A DNA stretch of 64,000 bases from Phycisphaeraceae bacterium. GTDB taxonomy: Bacteria > Planctomycetota > Phycisphaerae > Phycisphaerales > Phycisphaeraceae. A program made the position numbers and the translations under genes. This document shows positions 37,033 to 47,050 of this stretch, piece by piece. The stretch's first letter is position 1; each line of letters begins with the position of its first letter. The DNA lies in contig OY771506.1 in the NCBI GenBank assembly GCA_963674705.1, positions 2,880,001 to 2,944,000 of the forward strand, written 5' to 3'. The notes beneath the pieces were generated by a model. That model saw nothing but the letters and a program-made list of their open reading frames with translations, ran no database searches and was not told the DNA's origin.

Positions 37033-39226
37033 AAACACCACCCCCGCATGGCTTCTACGGCTGTACAAGTACCGGCCGTTGTTGGTGCCTATTGCTTTTA
37101 TCGGGATGTTGGCGATGGTGGTGGTGCCGATGCCGCCGATGTTGATGGACTTGATGATCTCCATGAACATCGCTCTGGCGGCGATCATTCTGCTGACGAC
37201 GATCTTTGTCGAAAGCCCCTTGGACTTTTCCGTGTTCCCGTCGCTTTTGTTGGGTACGACTCTGTTCCGGCTTGTGTTGAATATCGCAACGACGAAGATG
37301 ATCCTATCGGCCGACCCGACAAGCCCGCAGGCGGCGACGGCGGCGGCGGGGAAGGTGATCCAGGCGTTTGCCGAGTTCGTGACGGGTTCGTCGATTGTGG
37401 TCGGCGTGGTCATGTTCTCGATCCTGATCATCATTCAGTTCGTCGTGATCACCAAAGGTGCGACACGTATTTCGGAAGTGGCGGCGCGTTTCACGTTGGA
37501 CGGGATGCCGGGCAAGCAGATGGCGATCGACGCTGATCTGAACGCCGGGCTCATTGATGAGCAGACGGCCCGCATGCGTCGTGAAGCGATCGCACAGGAA
37601 GCCGATTTTTATGGAGCGATGGACGGTGCTGCGAAGTTCGTTCGCGGCGACGCGATCGCGGGCATCATCATTACGATCGTGAACATCCTCGGCGGGTTTG
37701 CGATCGGTGTGTTTATGAACGGCTGGACGATCGCGGAATCGGTCGATGTGTTTACCAAGCTGACGGTGGGTGATGGTCTTGTGTCGCAGTTACCGGCGTT
37801 TGTGATTTCGGTGGCGGCGGGTTTGATCGTGACGCGATCCAGCAGCCGACAGGACCTGGGGACGGAACTGACGGGGCAGTTGACCAGCCGAAAAGCGGCG
37901 CTGGGGATCACATCAGGATTTCTGATCTTGCTGGGGCTATTGACGCCCTTGCCGACGGCGCCGATGTTGTTGCTGGGTCTAGCGTTAGGTGGATTTGTGT
38001 TTATGACGCACCGGTCGGCGGCGCAGGTGGCGCAGGTCGAAGCGCAGAAGGCTGCCAAGCCTGCGCGTGCGGATGAGTCGCCGGTCGAAGAGGTGATGAA
38101 GGTCGACATGCTCGAGCTTGAAGTGGGGTATGGCTTGGTACGTCTGGTGGATCAATCGCAGGGCGGAGATCTGTTGAACCGGATCACGATGATCCGCAGG
38201 CAGTTGGCGACGGAGATGGGGCTGGTGATGCCGCCGGTGCGTATCCGCGACAACATGCAGCTTCAGCCTAATGATTACCAGATCAAGATCCGCGGTAACG
38301 TGATGGCGCGCGGTCAGGTGCATCCCGGCAAGTACCTGGCGATGGACTCGGGGCTTGCCAGTGAACCGTTGAAGGGCGTTAAGACGGTCGAGCCTGCGTT
38401 CGGGTTGGAAGCGGTGTGGATCAGCCCGGGCCAGAAGGAACGTGCCGAGGCGCTCAACTACACGGTCGTCGGCGCGACGGATGTGTTGGCGACGCATATC
38501 ACCGAGGTTGTGCGTAACCATGCACGCGAACTGTTGACGCGCGAAGAGACAAACAACCTTATCATCCAGTTGAAGGAACGTGCACCGAAGCTGTGCGAAG
38601 AGGTGCTGCAGCCGACGGGCGACAAGCCACCGCTGGTCAAGCCGGGCGAATTACAGCGTGTCTTGCAGAACCTGTTGTCCGAGCGTGTGCCTGTGCGTGA
38701 TCTTGAAGTGATAGTGGAAACGTTAGGCGATTGGGCGACGCGGACAAGAGATTTAGATGTTTTGACAGAATATGTACGAAATTCACTTAGTAGGACGATC
38801 TGTAATCTGTACACTGTGTCAGAACCATCGGGTGATGGCACGAATCCAGGTATGACGTCGAACAAGTTATATTGTGTAAGCCTGGACCCGGCGATAGAGG
38901 ATCAAATCAACGGCTATGTCGAAAGGTCGAACGAGGGGACAAGCATGACAATGCCGCCGGCGGTTGCGAACAAGATAACTGGGGCGATCCTTGAAGAGTT
39001 GAATCGTCTGACTCAGATGGGTCATCACCCGGTGCTGTTGGCGTCGCCGCAAGTCCGTGGGCCAGTCAGGCAATTGATCGAACCGCACCTGCCGACGGCG
39101 GCGGTATTGGGATACAACGAAGTCAGTAAGGGGGTCGAGGTCGAGGCGCTGGGTATGGTGCAGATGCCGCAACCACAGCAGGCCGGCGGCCGCAGGGTTG
39201 AAGAATTACAAGGGGCAGTTAATTGA
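37019..39226 (+). CDS. flhA: Export apparatus protein FlhA
   Basis: FSVFPSLLL, EVAARFTLDGMPGKQMAIDADL and FYGAMDGA. Confidence 0.98.
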   Translation: MANGLNTTPAWLLRLYKYRPLLVPIAFIGMLAMVVVPMPPMLMDLMISMNIALAAIILLTTIFVESPLDFSVFPSLLLGTTLFRLVLNIATTKMILSADPTSPQAATAAAGKVIQAFAEFVTGSSIVVGVVMFSILIIIQFVVITKGATRISEVAARFTLDGMPGKQMAIDADLNAGLIDEQTARMRREAIAQEADFYGAMDGAAKFVRGDAIAGIIITIVNILGGFAIGVFMNGWTIAESVDVFTKLTVGDGLVSQLPAFVISVAAGLIVTRSSSRQDLGTELTGQLTSRKAALGITSGFLILLGLLTPLPTAPMLLLGLALGGFVFMTHRSAAQVAQVEAQKAAKPARADESPVEEVMKVDMLELEVGYGLVRLVDQSQGGDLLNRITMIRRQLATEMGLVMPPVRIRDNMQLQPNDYQIKIRGNVMARGQVHPGKYLAMDSGLASEPLKGVKTVEPAFGLEAVWISPGQKERAEALNYTVVGATDVLATHITEVVRNHARELLTREETNNLIIQLKERAPKLCEEVLQPTGDKPPLVKPGELQRVLQNLLSERVPVRDLEVIVETLGDWATRTRDLDVLTEYVRNSLSRTICNLYTVSEPSGDGTNPGMTSNKLYCVSLDPAIEDQINGYVERSNEGTSMTMPPAVANKITGAILEELNRLTQMGHHPVLLASPQVRGPVRQLIEPHLPTAAVLGYNEVSKGVEVEALGMVQMPQPQQAGGRRVEELQGAVN

Positions 39227-40548
39227 ATCTGAAGACATTTTCCGCGGAATCGATGGCACAGGCGTTGGCGCTGGTCAAGCGTGACCTGGGTTCGGACGCA
39301 GTGGTGCTTCACACACGCAGCTATAAGCGAGGCGGTGTGCTGGGGATAGGTGCGAGAACGATCGTGGAGGTGACGGCCGGGAAGGGCTCGGAGGTAGCGC
39401 GTAGTCGCCGGCGTGCGGCGGGTACAACACGTGCCACGGCATTACCGAAGCGCAGGCCTGCGATCGCGCAGGCCGATCCGAAACAGCACGCAGCGGCGGG
39501 GGACCTGATCCGCCGGACCTATGCCGCAGCGAAAGCGGAGATCGAACAGTCCCGTCAACAGGAGTTGCAGGAAGCGGCGACCGCGACGTTGGAGCCACCG
39601 GTCATGGTGACTTCGCCGGCGATGCCTGATCCGTATCAGTTGGCTAAAGAGATGAGCGAGGTGAAGCATCTTGTTTCGTGCATGATGCACCAGCAGCAAT
39701 GCAAGGGCGAGCCGACGAGTCTGCCCAAGGGTTTGAGCCAGCAGTATGCGACGCTGCTGCAACAGGAAGTGGCGTGCGAACTGGCGGATGAGATTGTGAG
39801 CAAGGTTCGCCGAGAATTAAGCGACGAGCAGTTGGCTGATGAAACAGCATGCCGGGACGCGGTCCGCAAGCATCTGGCTGGGTATTTGCCTACCGAAGCG
39901 GGGGTCGAGGTTGTGGACGTGGCCAAAACCGAGGACGGCCGGCCGCGGACGATTGCGCTGGTCGGGCCGACGGGTGTGGGTAAGACGACGACGATCGCCA
40001 AGCTCGCAGCGACATTCAAGATCAAGCAGAAGAAAAATGTGGCGCTGATCACGCTGGACACGTACCGTATTGCGGCGGTGGATCAGTTGAAGACGTATGC
40101 GGGGATCATCGGCGTGCCTCTGCACGTTGTGCTCAAGCCGGAGGAGGTCGAATCGACGCTCGCCAAGTGCTCGCGCTACGATGTTGTGCTGATCGATACA
40201 GCCGGTCGCAGTCAACGTGACGATGAGCGGCTGACACAATTGTCACAGTTTTTGGCTGAGGCGAGGCCGCACGAGACGCACCTGGTGCTGTCCTCGACGT
40301 GCTCGCAGCAAGTGTTGATGGAGACGGTGGATCGGTTCAGTTGCGTGAAGACGGACCGGATCATCTTTACCAAACTGGATGAAGCCGTTACCTTTGGGGT
40401 GTTGTTGAATGTTCTGGGCAAGGCGGACAAGCGCCTCAGCTACGTGACGACGGGGCAGGAAGTGCCACATCAGATCGAGCGGGGGTGCCCGAACCGGTTG
40501 GCCGACCTGGTTTTGGGCAGTGTCTCGGGAGGGAGAAGTGATCGCTGA
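39223..40548 (+). CDS. flhF: SRP-type GTPase FlhF
   Basis: KTFSAESMAQALALVKRDLGSDAV, GPTGVGKTTTIAKLAA, DTAGR, TKLDE and TTGQEVP. Confidence 0.96.
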   Translation: MNLKTFSAESMAQALALVKRDLGSDAVVLHTRSYKRGGVLGIGARTIVEVTAGKGSEVARSRRRAAGTTRATALPKRRPAIAQADPKQHAAAGDLIRRTYAAAKAEIEQSRQQELQEAATATLEPPVMVTSPAMPDPYQLAKEMSEVKHLVSCMMHQQQCKGEPTSLPKGLSQQYATLLQQEVACELADEIVSKVRRELSDEQLADETACRDAVRKHLAGYLPTEAGVEVVDVAKTEDGRPRTIALVGPTGVGKTTTIAKLAATFKIKQKKNVALITLDTYRIAAVDQLKTYAGIIGVPLHVVLKPEEVESTLAKCSRYDVVLIDTAGRSQRDDERLTQLSQFLAEARPHETHLVLSSTCSQQVLMETVDRFSCVKTDRIIFTKLDEAVTFGVLLNVLGKADKRLSYVTTGQEVPHQIERGCPNRLADLVLGSVSGGRSDR

Positions 40549-41431
40549 TCAAGCAGAAGCACTGAGGGAACTGGTGGCTGAAGACCAGGCCCGGGGTCCG
40601 ATCGCCCAGACGATATCACTGGCGCCGGCCCCCCCGCGCGCGATAACTATAGCCGTAACAAGCGGTAAGGGCGGCGTGGGCAAGACAAGCGTGTCGGTGA
40701 ACCTGGCGGTTCAACTGGCGAAGATGGGCAGGCGGGTGATCCTGATGGATGCCGACCTGGGCACCGCCAATGCCGACGTCATATGCAATCTCAATGCCCC
40801 GCGGAATCTTTCGCACGTGGTTGCTGGACGATGTTCACTGCATGAGGCGCTGGTCGACGCGCCGGGCGGTTTCAAGCTGATCGCGGGGGCGTCGGGGCTG
40901 AGCCAGATGGCGGCGCTGGGCGAGTTCGAGCGTGCCCGGCTGATGGACCAGATGCGGTACCTGGAGGATGAGGCGGACCTGATCCTGATCGACACCGGTG
41001 CCGGGGTTGGCCCCAATGTCTTGGGATTTCTTGTGGCGGTGGACCAGATTCTTGTGGTCACGACACCCGAGCCGACGGCGATCACGGACGCCTATGCGGT
41101 GATCAAGACGGCCAGCCGTCAGGCGGATGACCTGGACATGCGCTTGCTGGTGAACCAGGTTCGCGACGAGCGCGAAGCGCGCGCCGTTTACGATCGGGTG
41201 GGTGGCGTGTGCCGTCGTTTTCTGGATGTAACGCCGCGTTACGCCGGGCATGTATTGAGCGATCCGCGCGTGCCGTATGCGGTGCGTCGTCGTCAACCTT
41301 TCGTGCTTGAACATCCGGCGAGTCCGGCGAGCATGTGCATGCATCGATTAGCGCACCGCATTGATCGTCACGCATCGACTCCGCGTGACCAGGGTTTGTT
41401 ACGGCGCATGGCGGCGTGGCTTGTTGGTTGA
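40538..41431 (+). CDS. flhG: MinD-like ATPase FlhG/FleN
   Basis: TSGKGGVGKT, DADLG, IDTGAG and PEPTAITDAY; follows flhF. Confidence 0.94.
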   Translation: MIADQAEALRELVAEDQARGPIAQTISLAPAPPRAITIAVTSGKGGVGKTSVSVNLAVQLAKMGRRVILMDADLGTANADVICNLNAPRNLSHVVAGRCSLHEALVDAPGGFKLIAGASGLSQMAALGEFERARLMDQMRYLEDEADLILIDTGAGVGPNVLGFLVAVDQILVVTTPEPTAITDAYAVIKTASRQADDLDMRLLVNQVRDEREARAVYDRVGGVCRRFLDVTPRYAGHVLSDPRVPYAVRRRQPFVLEHPASPASMCMHRLAHRIDRHASTPRDQGLLRRMAAWLVG

Positions 41432-41582
41432 AGAACTGCGCATTTTTTGCCGATTAACCTGTTCAAAAAATTTTTTTTATTGACTCTGACTTTCCCCTTC
41501 ACAGGCGCGCGCGATCGGCTATACTCGCAGTTCAACGGATTGGATTGTCTGAGCAAAGGAGTGCTCCACCATCCCCGCAAGA

Positions 41583-41810
41583 GTGATCGCATCCTGTTTC
41601 GCGCTCATCAGCTTCGCCGCTGCATTGGTTGTCGGTTTGCACGTGGGTAACAGCACGTCGACCGTCATCTTCCGCGCGTCGTGTGTGATGCTCGTATGTT
41701 GGGTCGTGGGGTACATGGTTGGTTCGCTCGCGCAGTGGGCGGTACTCGAACACGTGAAGAAGTACAAGCAGGATAATCCTATCCCTGAGGACAGTGTGCC
41801 TGACTCGTAA
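41583..41810 (+). CDS. Small two-TM membrane protein (start possibly ATC at 41571)
   Basis: Two hydrophobic segments; lies between flhG and fliA with AAGGAG upstream. Confidence 0.65.
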   Translation: MIASCFALISFAAALVVGLHVGNSTSTVIFRASCVMLVCWVVGYMVGSLAQWAVLEHVKKYKQDNPIPEDSVPDS

Positions 41811-41955
41811 TCGGCACGCCGGTGAGTAACGCCGGATGTTTGTGGCGGATGTGTGCTTTTCAATGCACCATGAATGAATCAAGACCTGAATGAGAAACAC
41901 AACACGCCGTGCACGGATAGCACATTAAGGCGTTGAGCCGGTCAAGGAGTAGACG

Positions 41956-42768
41956 ATGGCGAAGTCCAGGCAGTCGGTCAAAACAGCCTCACAGAGCGAT
42001 CCCCCAATCCTCGATGTGTGGAACGAATACAAGAAGCTCGGCACCGAGCCCTTGCGCAACAAGCTCATGGAGCATTACCTGCCGCTGGTGAAGTACAACG
42101 CCGAACGCATCTACGCCAAGCTGCCCGATGAAGTCGACATCGACGACCTGATGAGCGCCGGCATCTTCGGCTTGATGGACGCCATCGACGCGTTCGACAT
42201 GGAGCGCGGCGTAAAATTCGAAACCTACTGCGCTCCGCGTATCCGCGGCGCGATCCTCGACGAACTGCGCTCGATGGACTGGGTCCCTCGCCTGGTGCGC
42301 AGCCGATCCAGCCAGGTCGAGCAGGCGCGTCGTTCGCTTCAGATGGAACTCGGCCGCAAGCCAACCGATGACGAACTGTGCAAGAAGATGGGCGTCGACG
42401 ATGAGGAGTTCGCCAAGATCCGCAAGGATGCCGGCGCGGTCGGCGTGGTTTCGCTTTCACGTAAATGGTTCGAGACGGATTCCAACAAGGACGTGCGCGA
42501 GATCGACGTCCTGAAAGATGCCAAGCAAGTCAACCCGTTCAAGGCTGTGCAGAAGCGCGACCTCAAGGATTTAATCACCAAGGGCCTGAGCCGGGCCGAG
42601 CGCTTGATCGTCATCCTCTATTACTACGAAGAGATGACGATGAAAGAGATCGGCGTGACGCTTGATCTGTCCGAATCGCGCGTCAGCCAGATGCACAGCT
42701 CCATCCTCGCCCGCCTCAAAGCACAGCTCCAACATCGTGGCGCGGACCTGCAGCAAGAGGCGGTGTGA
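41956..42768 (+). CDS. fliA: RNA polymerase sigma factor FliA/WhiG (sigma28)
   Basis: GVKFETY..RIRGAILDELRSMDWVPR and EMTMKEIG..LSESRVSQMH. Confidence 0.96.
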   Translation: MAKSRQSVKTASQSDPPILDVWNEYKKLGTEPLRNKLMEHYLPLVKYNAERIYAKLPDEVDIDDLMSAGIFGLMDAIDAFDMERGVKFETYCAPRIRGAILDELRSMDWVPRLVRSRSSQVEQARRSLQMELGRKPTDDELCKKMGVDDEEFAKIRKDAGAVGVVSLSRKWFETDSNKDVREIDVLKDAKQVNPFKAVQKRDLKDLITKGLSRAERLIVILYYYEEMTMKEIGVTLDLSESRVSQMHSSILARLKAQLQHRGADLQQEAV

Positions 42769-42771
42769 GTT

Positions 42772-42806
42772 TAGGGTGTCGGGTGTAGGGTGTTGGGTAT
42801 AGGGTA
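42772..42806. repeat. G-rich 7-bp array after fliA
   Basis: tagggtg tcgggtg tagggtg ttgggta tagggta. Confidence 0.85.
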
Positions 42807-42941
42807 AGAACAAAGCTTTGAACATGGATAATGCACGAATGGTCCGATTGTTTTCGGCATTCGTGTATTTTCATTTGTGTATTTACGGCTTGAGACTGTC
42901 AACTTGACTTAAGCGTACGATTGCCCGACCCTGTCGGGCTT

Positions 42942-44669
42942 ATGTCAGATATTCAACAGACACTTGAGTCGCTATTAAGTAGCGCTGTGACCGACGCGTT
43001 TGGCCCGGAGTATGCCGATGCGGACCCGATCCTGCGCCTGGCCGGGAACCCGAAGTTCGGGGATTACCAGGCCAATTTAGCGATGGGTTTAGCCAAGAAG
43101 CTGGGCCAGAAGCCGCGCGACATCGCCGAGGCGATCCGTGAGAAGCTGCCGATCGGTGGCGTCATCGAAAAGGCGGAGGTCGCCGGGCCGGGGTTTATTA
43201 ATCTGACACTGTCAGCGAAGCTGCTCAACGATCAACTCGCCACGGTTGCCGGCAACGATCGGCTGTGTATCGATAAAGCTGAACCGCCCGTGACGGTGGT
43301 CATCGACTACGCGAGCCCGAACCTTGCCAAGGAAATGCACATCGGGCACCTGCGGTCGACAATCATCGGCGACGCTATCGCGCGCGTGCTCGACTTCCAG
43401 GGACAAAACGTTATCCGACACAACCACCTCGGCGATTGGGGCACGCAGTTCGGCATGCTGCTCGAACACCTGATCGATACCGGCTGGGTGAAAAGCGAAG
43501 ACCACACGATCGGCGACCTGAATACGCTTTACCAGGAAGCGAAGAAGCGCGACGACAGCGATCCCAACTTTGCTGAGCGAGCGCGCAAGCGCGTGGTTGC
43601 TTTGCAGGGCGGTGATGAGCAGTCGCTTGCGATCTGGAAGATGCTCATCGGTGAATCCGTCCGGCACATGAACGACATCTTCACTCGCTTAAACGTCGGC
43701 CTGACCGACAGCGACCTGAAAGGCGAGAGCTTTTACAACGATCGGCTTGGTCCCGTTACCGAATCCCTCAAGGAAGCCGGCGTCGCGCGTGAAAGCGACG
43801 GCGCGCTTTGTATCTTCGGCAACAACGAAGACGAAGCGCCGCTGATCATTCGCAAGAGCGATGGCGGATTCGGTTATGCCACGACCGACCTGGCGGCGCT
43901 ACAGCACCGTATCGGGGATCTTGATGCATCGAGGTTGATCTATGTCGTGGACTCAAGGCAGCGCGACCACTTCAACAAGTTCTTCGCCGCAGCCGAAAAA
44001 GCCGGCTGGGTCGGCGACGCCAAGCTCGATTACGTCCCGTTCGGCACGATCATGGGCCAGGACCGAAAACCCTTCAAAACCAGGGAGGGCGGCACGGTTC
44101 GGCTCGTTGATGTGTTGGATGAAGCGATCGAACGGGCCGGCAAGGTGATCGCCGAGAAAGCACCGGACTTATCGAGCGATGAACGCGATGCGATCTCGCG
44201 CGTCGTCGGCGTCGGAGCGGTCAAGTACTTCGATTTGTCTAACGACCGGATCAAGGACTACATCTTCGACTGGGACCGGATGCTCGCGCTGGAAGGCAAC
44301 ACCGCGCCATATCTGATCAACGCTTACGTGCGGATCAAATCCATCTTCCGCAAGGGCGAGATCGACCCGGTCACGATCACCGGCGACATGATCAACCTTG
44401 AAGAGGACGCCGAGCGAGCGCTTGCATTGCATTTATTGCAATTGCCACGCATCGTGGGTTCGGTCGCGGACAGCCTGGAGCCGCACCGGTTGTGTACATA
44501 CCTGTACGAACTCGCCGCCGGCTTCCACAAGTTTTACGAGAAGTGCCCTGTGCTGACAGCCGAAACTGATGCGCAACGCAGCAGCAGGCTGGCGCTGTGT
44601 GATCTTGTTGCGCGGACGTTGAAGCTTGGGTTAGGATTGCTCGGGATCGAGACGGTGGAGCGGATGTAA
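42942..44669 (+). CDS. argS: Arginine--tRNA ligase
   Basis: GDYQAN, GPGFIN, SPNLAKEMHIGHLRS, NHLGDWGTQFG, FKTREG, GNTAPY and ...ERM. Confidence 0.98.
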   Translation: MSDIQQTLESLLSSAVTDAFGPEYADADPILRLAGNPKFGDYQANLAMGLAKKLGQKPRDIAEAIREKLPIGGVIEKAEVAGPGFINLTLSAKLLNDQLATVAGNDRLCIDKAEPPVTVVIDYASPNLAKEMHIGHLRSTIIGDAIARVLDFQGQNVIRHNHLGDWGTQFGMLLEHLIDTGWVKSEDHTIGDLNTLYQEAKKRDDSDPNFAERARKRVVALQGGDEQSLAIWKMLIGESVRHMNDIFTRLNVGLTDSDLKGESFYNDRLGPVTESLKEAGVARESDGALCIFGNNEDEAPLIIRKSDGGFGYATTDLAALQHRIGDLDASRLIYVVDSRQRDHFNKFFAAAEKAGWVGDAKLDYVPFGTIMGQDRKPFKTREGGTVRLVDVLDEAIERAGKVIAEKAPDLSSDERDAISRVVGVGAVKYFDLSNDRIKDYIFDWDRMLALEGNTAPYLINAYVRIKSIFRKGEIDPVTITGDMINLEEDAERALALHLLQLPRIVGSVADSLEPHRLCTYLYELAAGFHKFYEKCPVLTAETDAQRSSRLALCDLVARTLKLGLGLLGIETVERM

Positions 44670-44685
44670 CGGTACTATATGGCGG

Positions 44686-45459
44686 ATGCCTGATTCAAAT
44701 ACAGTGCGGCATTCCAAACAAAACCGGCGGCAAATCTGCCGGAGTAAATATTGGGTTTCCCCTCGTTCGCAGTTACCACGACCTGCTCGTCGGGCAGGTT
44801 CCTCGCCTAAAGCGCAACAAACGATCTGGGAAAAAGACTTTGCAGGCCATGAAACGTGCTGGATATCTGATCCAGTCCGGCATATGTGGCCGTACCTCAT
44901 ATTTACGTTTTTCATTTTTTGTCTGTGGGCCTTCCTGATCTTTCTGGCGATCTATGATATGTCATGGGGTTTACTTGGTTTTCTTCCCCTGATCTTCCTG
45001 TTTGCATGGTTCTTGTGCATCTATGTGCCTGATTTTTATCATGCTTTGCGCGTTGGTAAATCTGTACTTCACTTTGAATCGTTCCCTTATGTTCCGGGGA
45101 AGTCGTTTGTGGCAGAATGGGTATCGCCGCGTCGGTACGATGATCCCGATGCCTTGGTCTTCACGCTGCGTTGTGTCGAGTCTGTCTGGGAGACGGTGGG
45201 CGATAGTGAAACATGGGTGCTGTATGAATGCTGGTCAAGGGAGGTTGAGGTTAAAGAGATACATACCAGGAATACCGGCACGCATGCCAAGCTCTACTAC
45301 CAATTGCCGCACAAACTTCGTTCAACTCGGTTGCACAGCAAGGCGCCACGTCATTGGGAACTTGAAGTGAGTGTCAGAGGCACGGAAGATAAACCCGTCG
45401 CCATGCATCGCGTACCCATTTACCGAAAAACAAGAAACCACGGTAAGTCATCTGACTAG
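44686..45459 (+). CDS. Hypothetical two-TM membrane protein
   Basis: Long ORF with two hydrophobic helices and a beta-rich tail (WELEV); AT-richer than its neighbours. Confidence 0.6.
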   Translation: MPDSNTVRHSKQNRRQICRSKYWVSPRSQLPRPARRAGSSPKAQQTIWEKDFAGHETCWISDPVRHMWPYLIFTFFIFCLWAFLIFLAIYDMSWGLLGFLPLIFLFAWFLCIYVPDFYHALRVGKSVLHFESFPYVPGKSFVAEWVSPRRYDDPDALVFTLRCVESVWETVGDSETWVLYECWSREVEVKEIHTRNTGTHAKLYYQLPHKLRSTRLHSKAPRHWELEVSVRGTEDKPVAMHRVPIYRKTRNHGKSSD

Positions 45460-45528
45460 GCTATACGATCTTGTCGCACGGACGCGACAACATTCTCAAT
45501 CCAAGTGTAGTGATCGCCACACTTAACA

Positions 45529-45603
45529 GTCATCCCCGCGCAGGCGGGGATCCATGTACAGGGATTCATTGTGCGCGTGGATTCCCGTGTGCACGGGAAT
45601 GAC
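45529..45603. repeat. REP-like double-hairpin element
   Basis: GTCATCCCCGCGCAGGCGGGGATCCA...TGGATTCCCGTGTGCACGGGAATGAC. Confidence 0.75.
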
Positions 45604-45660
45604 GACCTCTGTTAACGCGAGTATTTTTCGTCCCCGAATGCTACGAATCTTCGGGCACGA

Positions 45661-45695
45661 AAATCATAAATCCCAAATCCCAAATCATAAATTCA
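45661..45695. repeat. 7-bp array overlapping a stop codon
   Basis: aaatcat aaatccc aaatccc aaatcat aaattca. Confidence 0.75.
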
Positions 45696-46932
45696 AAGCT
45701 TTCCTCAACTCACTTGCGATCCAGGCGAGTTCGTTGTTGGATAGCTGGTTAAGCATGGTAATCATTTTGCCTTGTTTGCAATTGATCTGCAGATTCAGGA
45801 TGGGCACATCGTCGCTCTCTTTGCCGCAATATTCCAAGCGGATGGATTCGATGTTGTCTCGATGGACCTCCTGCTGTTTTATCTTGAAGATGCTTTGGTG
45901 CGAGATCAGTAGTGTCTCGCCGACGACGTCGATGATGGCTCGGCGCTTGCCGATATTGATTGCCGCGATCAATGTTGCGATACCGAGCCCCCAGAGCGTA
46001 GTGAGACACATTAGCACAATGTAACTATTCCAGCCTTGTGTGCTTCTGTGGCCGGCAAACCATAAGCCGGTAAATAGTGCCATGAACAGGTTCCACGACA
46101 ATGAGAAGGCTAATATGCCTTTGGATCCTTTGCGTATGCCAACCGATGGGATGGTGAATGTCAGACCGTTTTTGTGAAGTTCCAGCCTTACATCTGTATA
46201 TGTAGGCTTCGGTGCGTTTACATCCGGTCCTTGCGGGATGTTTGGAACGTCAAGCGGTTTTATTTTCTTGTGTGTTAACTTCCCCAATCCTTCGATCAGA
46301 CTCTCGGGGTCGGACGACTGTTCTTCGATCGGGATCGATGCGTGTCTGGGATCGAGTAGTGTGATGTCAACATGTAGTTGAAAACGTTCTGTGAGATGCT
46401 GGGCGAGAGCTTGAAGCGTGTCTCTGTGATATCCCCATGCAATGATTCGTCGTTGACCACCGACAAGGTCGGCTTTGAGTGTCCCGATCATCGGGTGGAT
46501 CCCGCTCAGTTTGTTTCCGGGATTACCTGTCTTAATCTGGAACGTGCGAATATTGTTGATCAGCATCTTTCGCCACAGCCGAAGCGGGCCGCTATGGTGG
46601 GCGGCGATCAGCCATTCATTGTGAACTTCGATTGTATTGTGTCCGCCAATCATGAAGCAGCCGAGTAAGACAGGCAGAAGCATGATGAGGAACCAGACGA
46701 TGCCGAAGAGCACAACGAGGGGGCCTGTGCTGCTGCTTCCGTTTTCAGAAGTGGTGAAAAGCCCGCTGCCGATCAGTGAGATGTATATCCCGAACACCGC
46801 GTTGAAAACGGAAAATATTATGATGGGCCAAGCCGCGACACGCAGACACCCGACATGCCGTTGCGGCAACTCATAACGCTCACCTGTCGGTATCGGGATA
46901 ACCTTGATCTCCGGAGGCAGGTTGGCGGGCAT
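45685..46932 (-). CDS. Hypothetical membrane protein, paralog 1 (two [2TM + PH-like] modules)
   Basis: Start MPANLPPEIKV aligns with the neighbouring MPTPLPPEVTV; C-terminus is highly similar to the repeats of 47051-48877. Confidence 0.8.
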   Translation of the reverse strand: MPANLPPEIKVIPIPTGERYELPQRHVGCLRVAAWPIIIFSVFNAVFGIYISLIGSGLFTTSENGSSSTGPLVVLFGIVWFLIMLLPVLLGCFMIGGHNTIEVHNEWLIAAHHSGPLRLWRKMLINNIRTFQIKTGNPGNKLSGIHPMIGTLKADLVGGQRRIIAWGYHRDTLQALAQHLTERFQLHVDITLLDPRHASIPIEEQSSDPESLIEGLGKLTHKKIKPLDVPNIPQGPDVNAPKPTYTDVRLELHKNGLTFTIPSVGIRKGSKGILAFSLSWNLFMALFTGLWFAGHRSTQGWNSYIVLMCLTTLWGLGIATLIAAINIGKRRAIIDVVGETLLISHQSIFKIKQQEVHRDNIESIRLEYCGKESDDVPILNLQINCKQGKMITMLNQLSNNELAWIASELRKALNL

Positions 46933-47050
46933 GGCTGTATTTATAGCAACCTCGTATTCGGCATGCTTTGGAAGCGGGGCGGATGGGGGGAATCGCTGAA
47001 CTGTAATCGTTAATCGCTGATGTCCGCGCTTTCGCAACTCACATTAACAA

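Noticed and set aside
17386..39226. Injectisome-type type III secretion system
   Set aside because: Rod, hook, stator, FlhF/FlhG and FliA genes show that it is flagellar.
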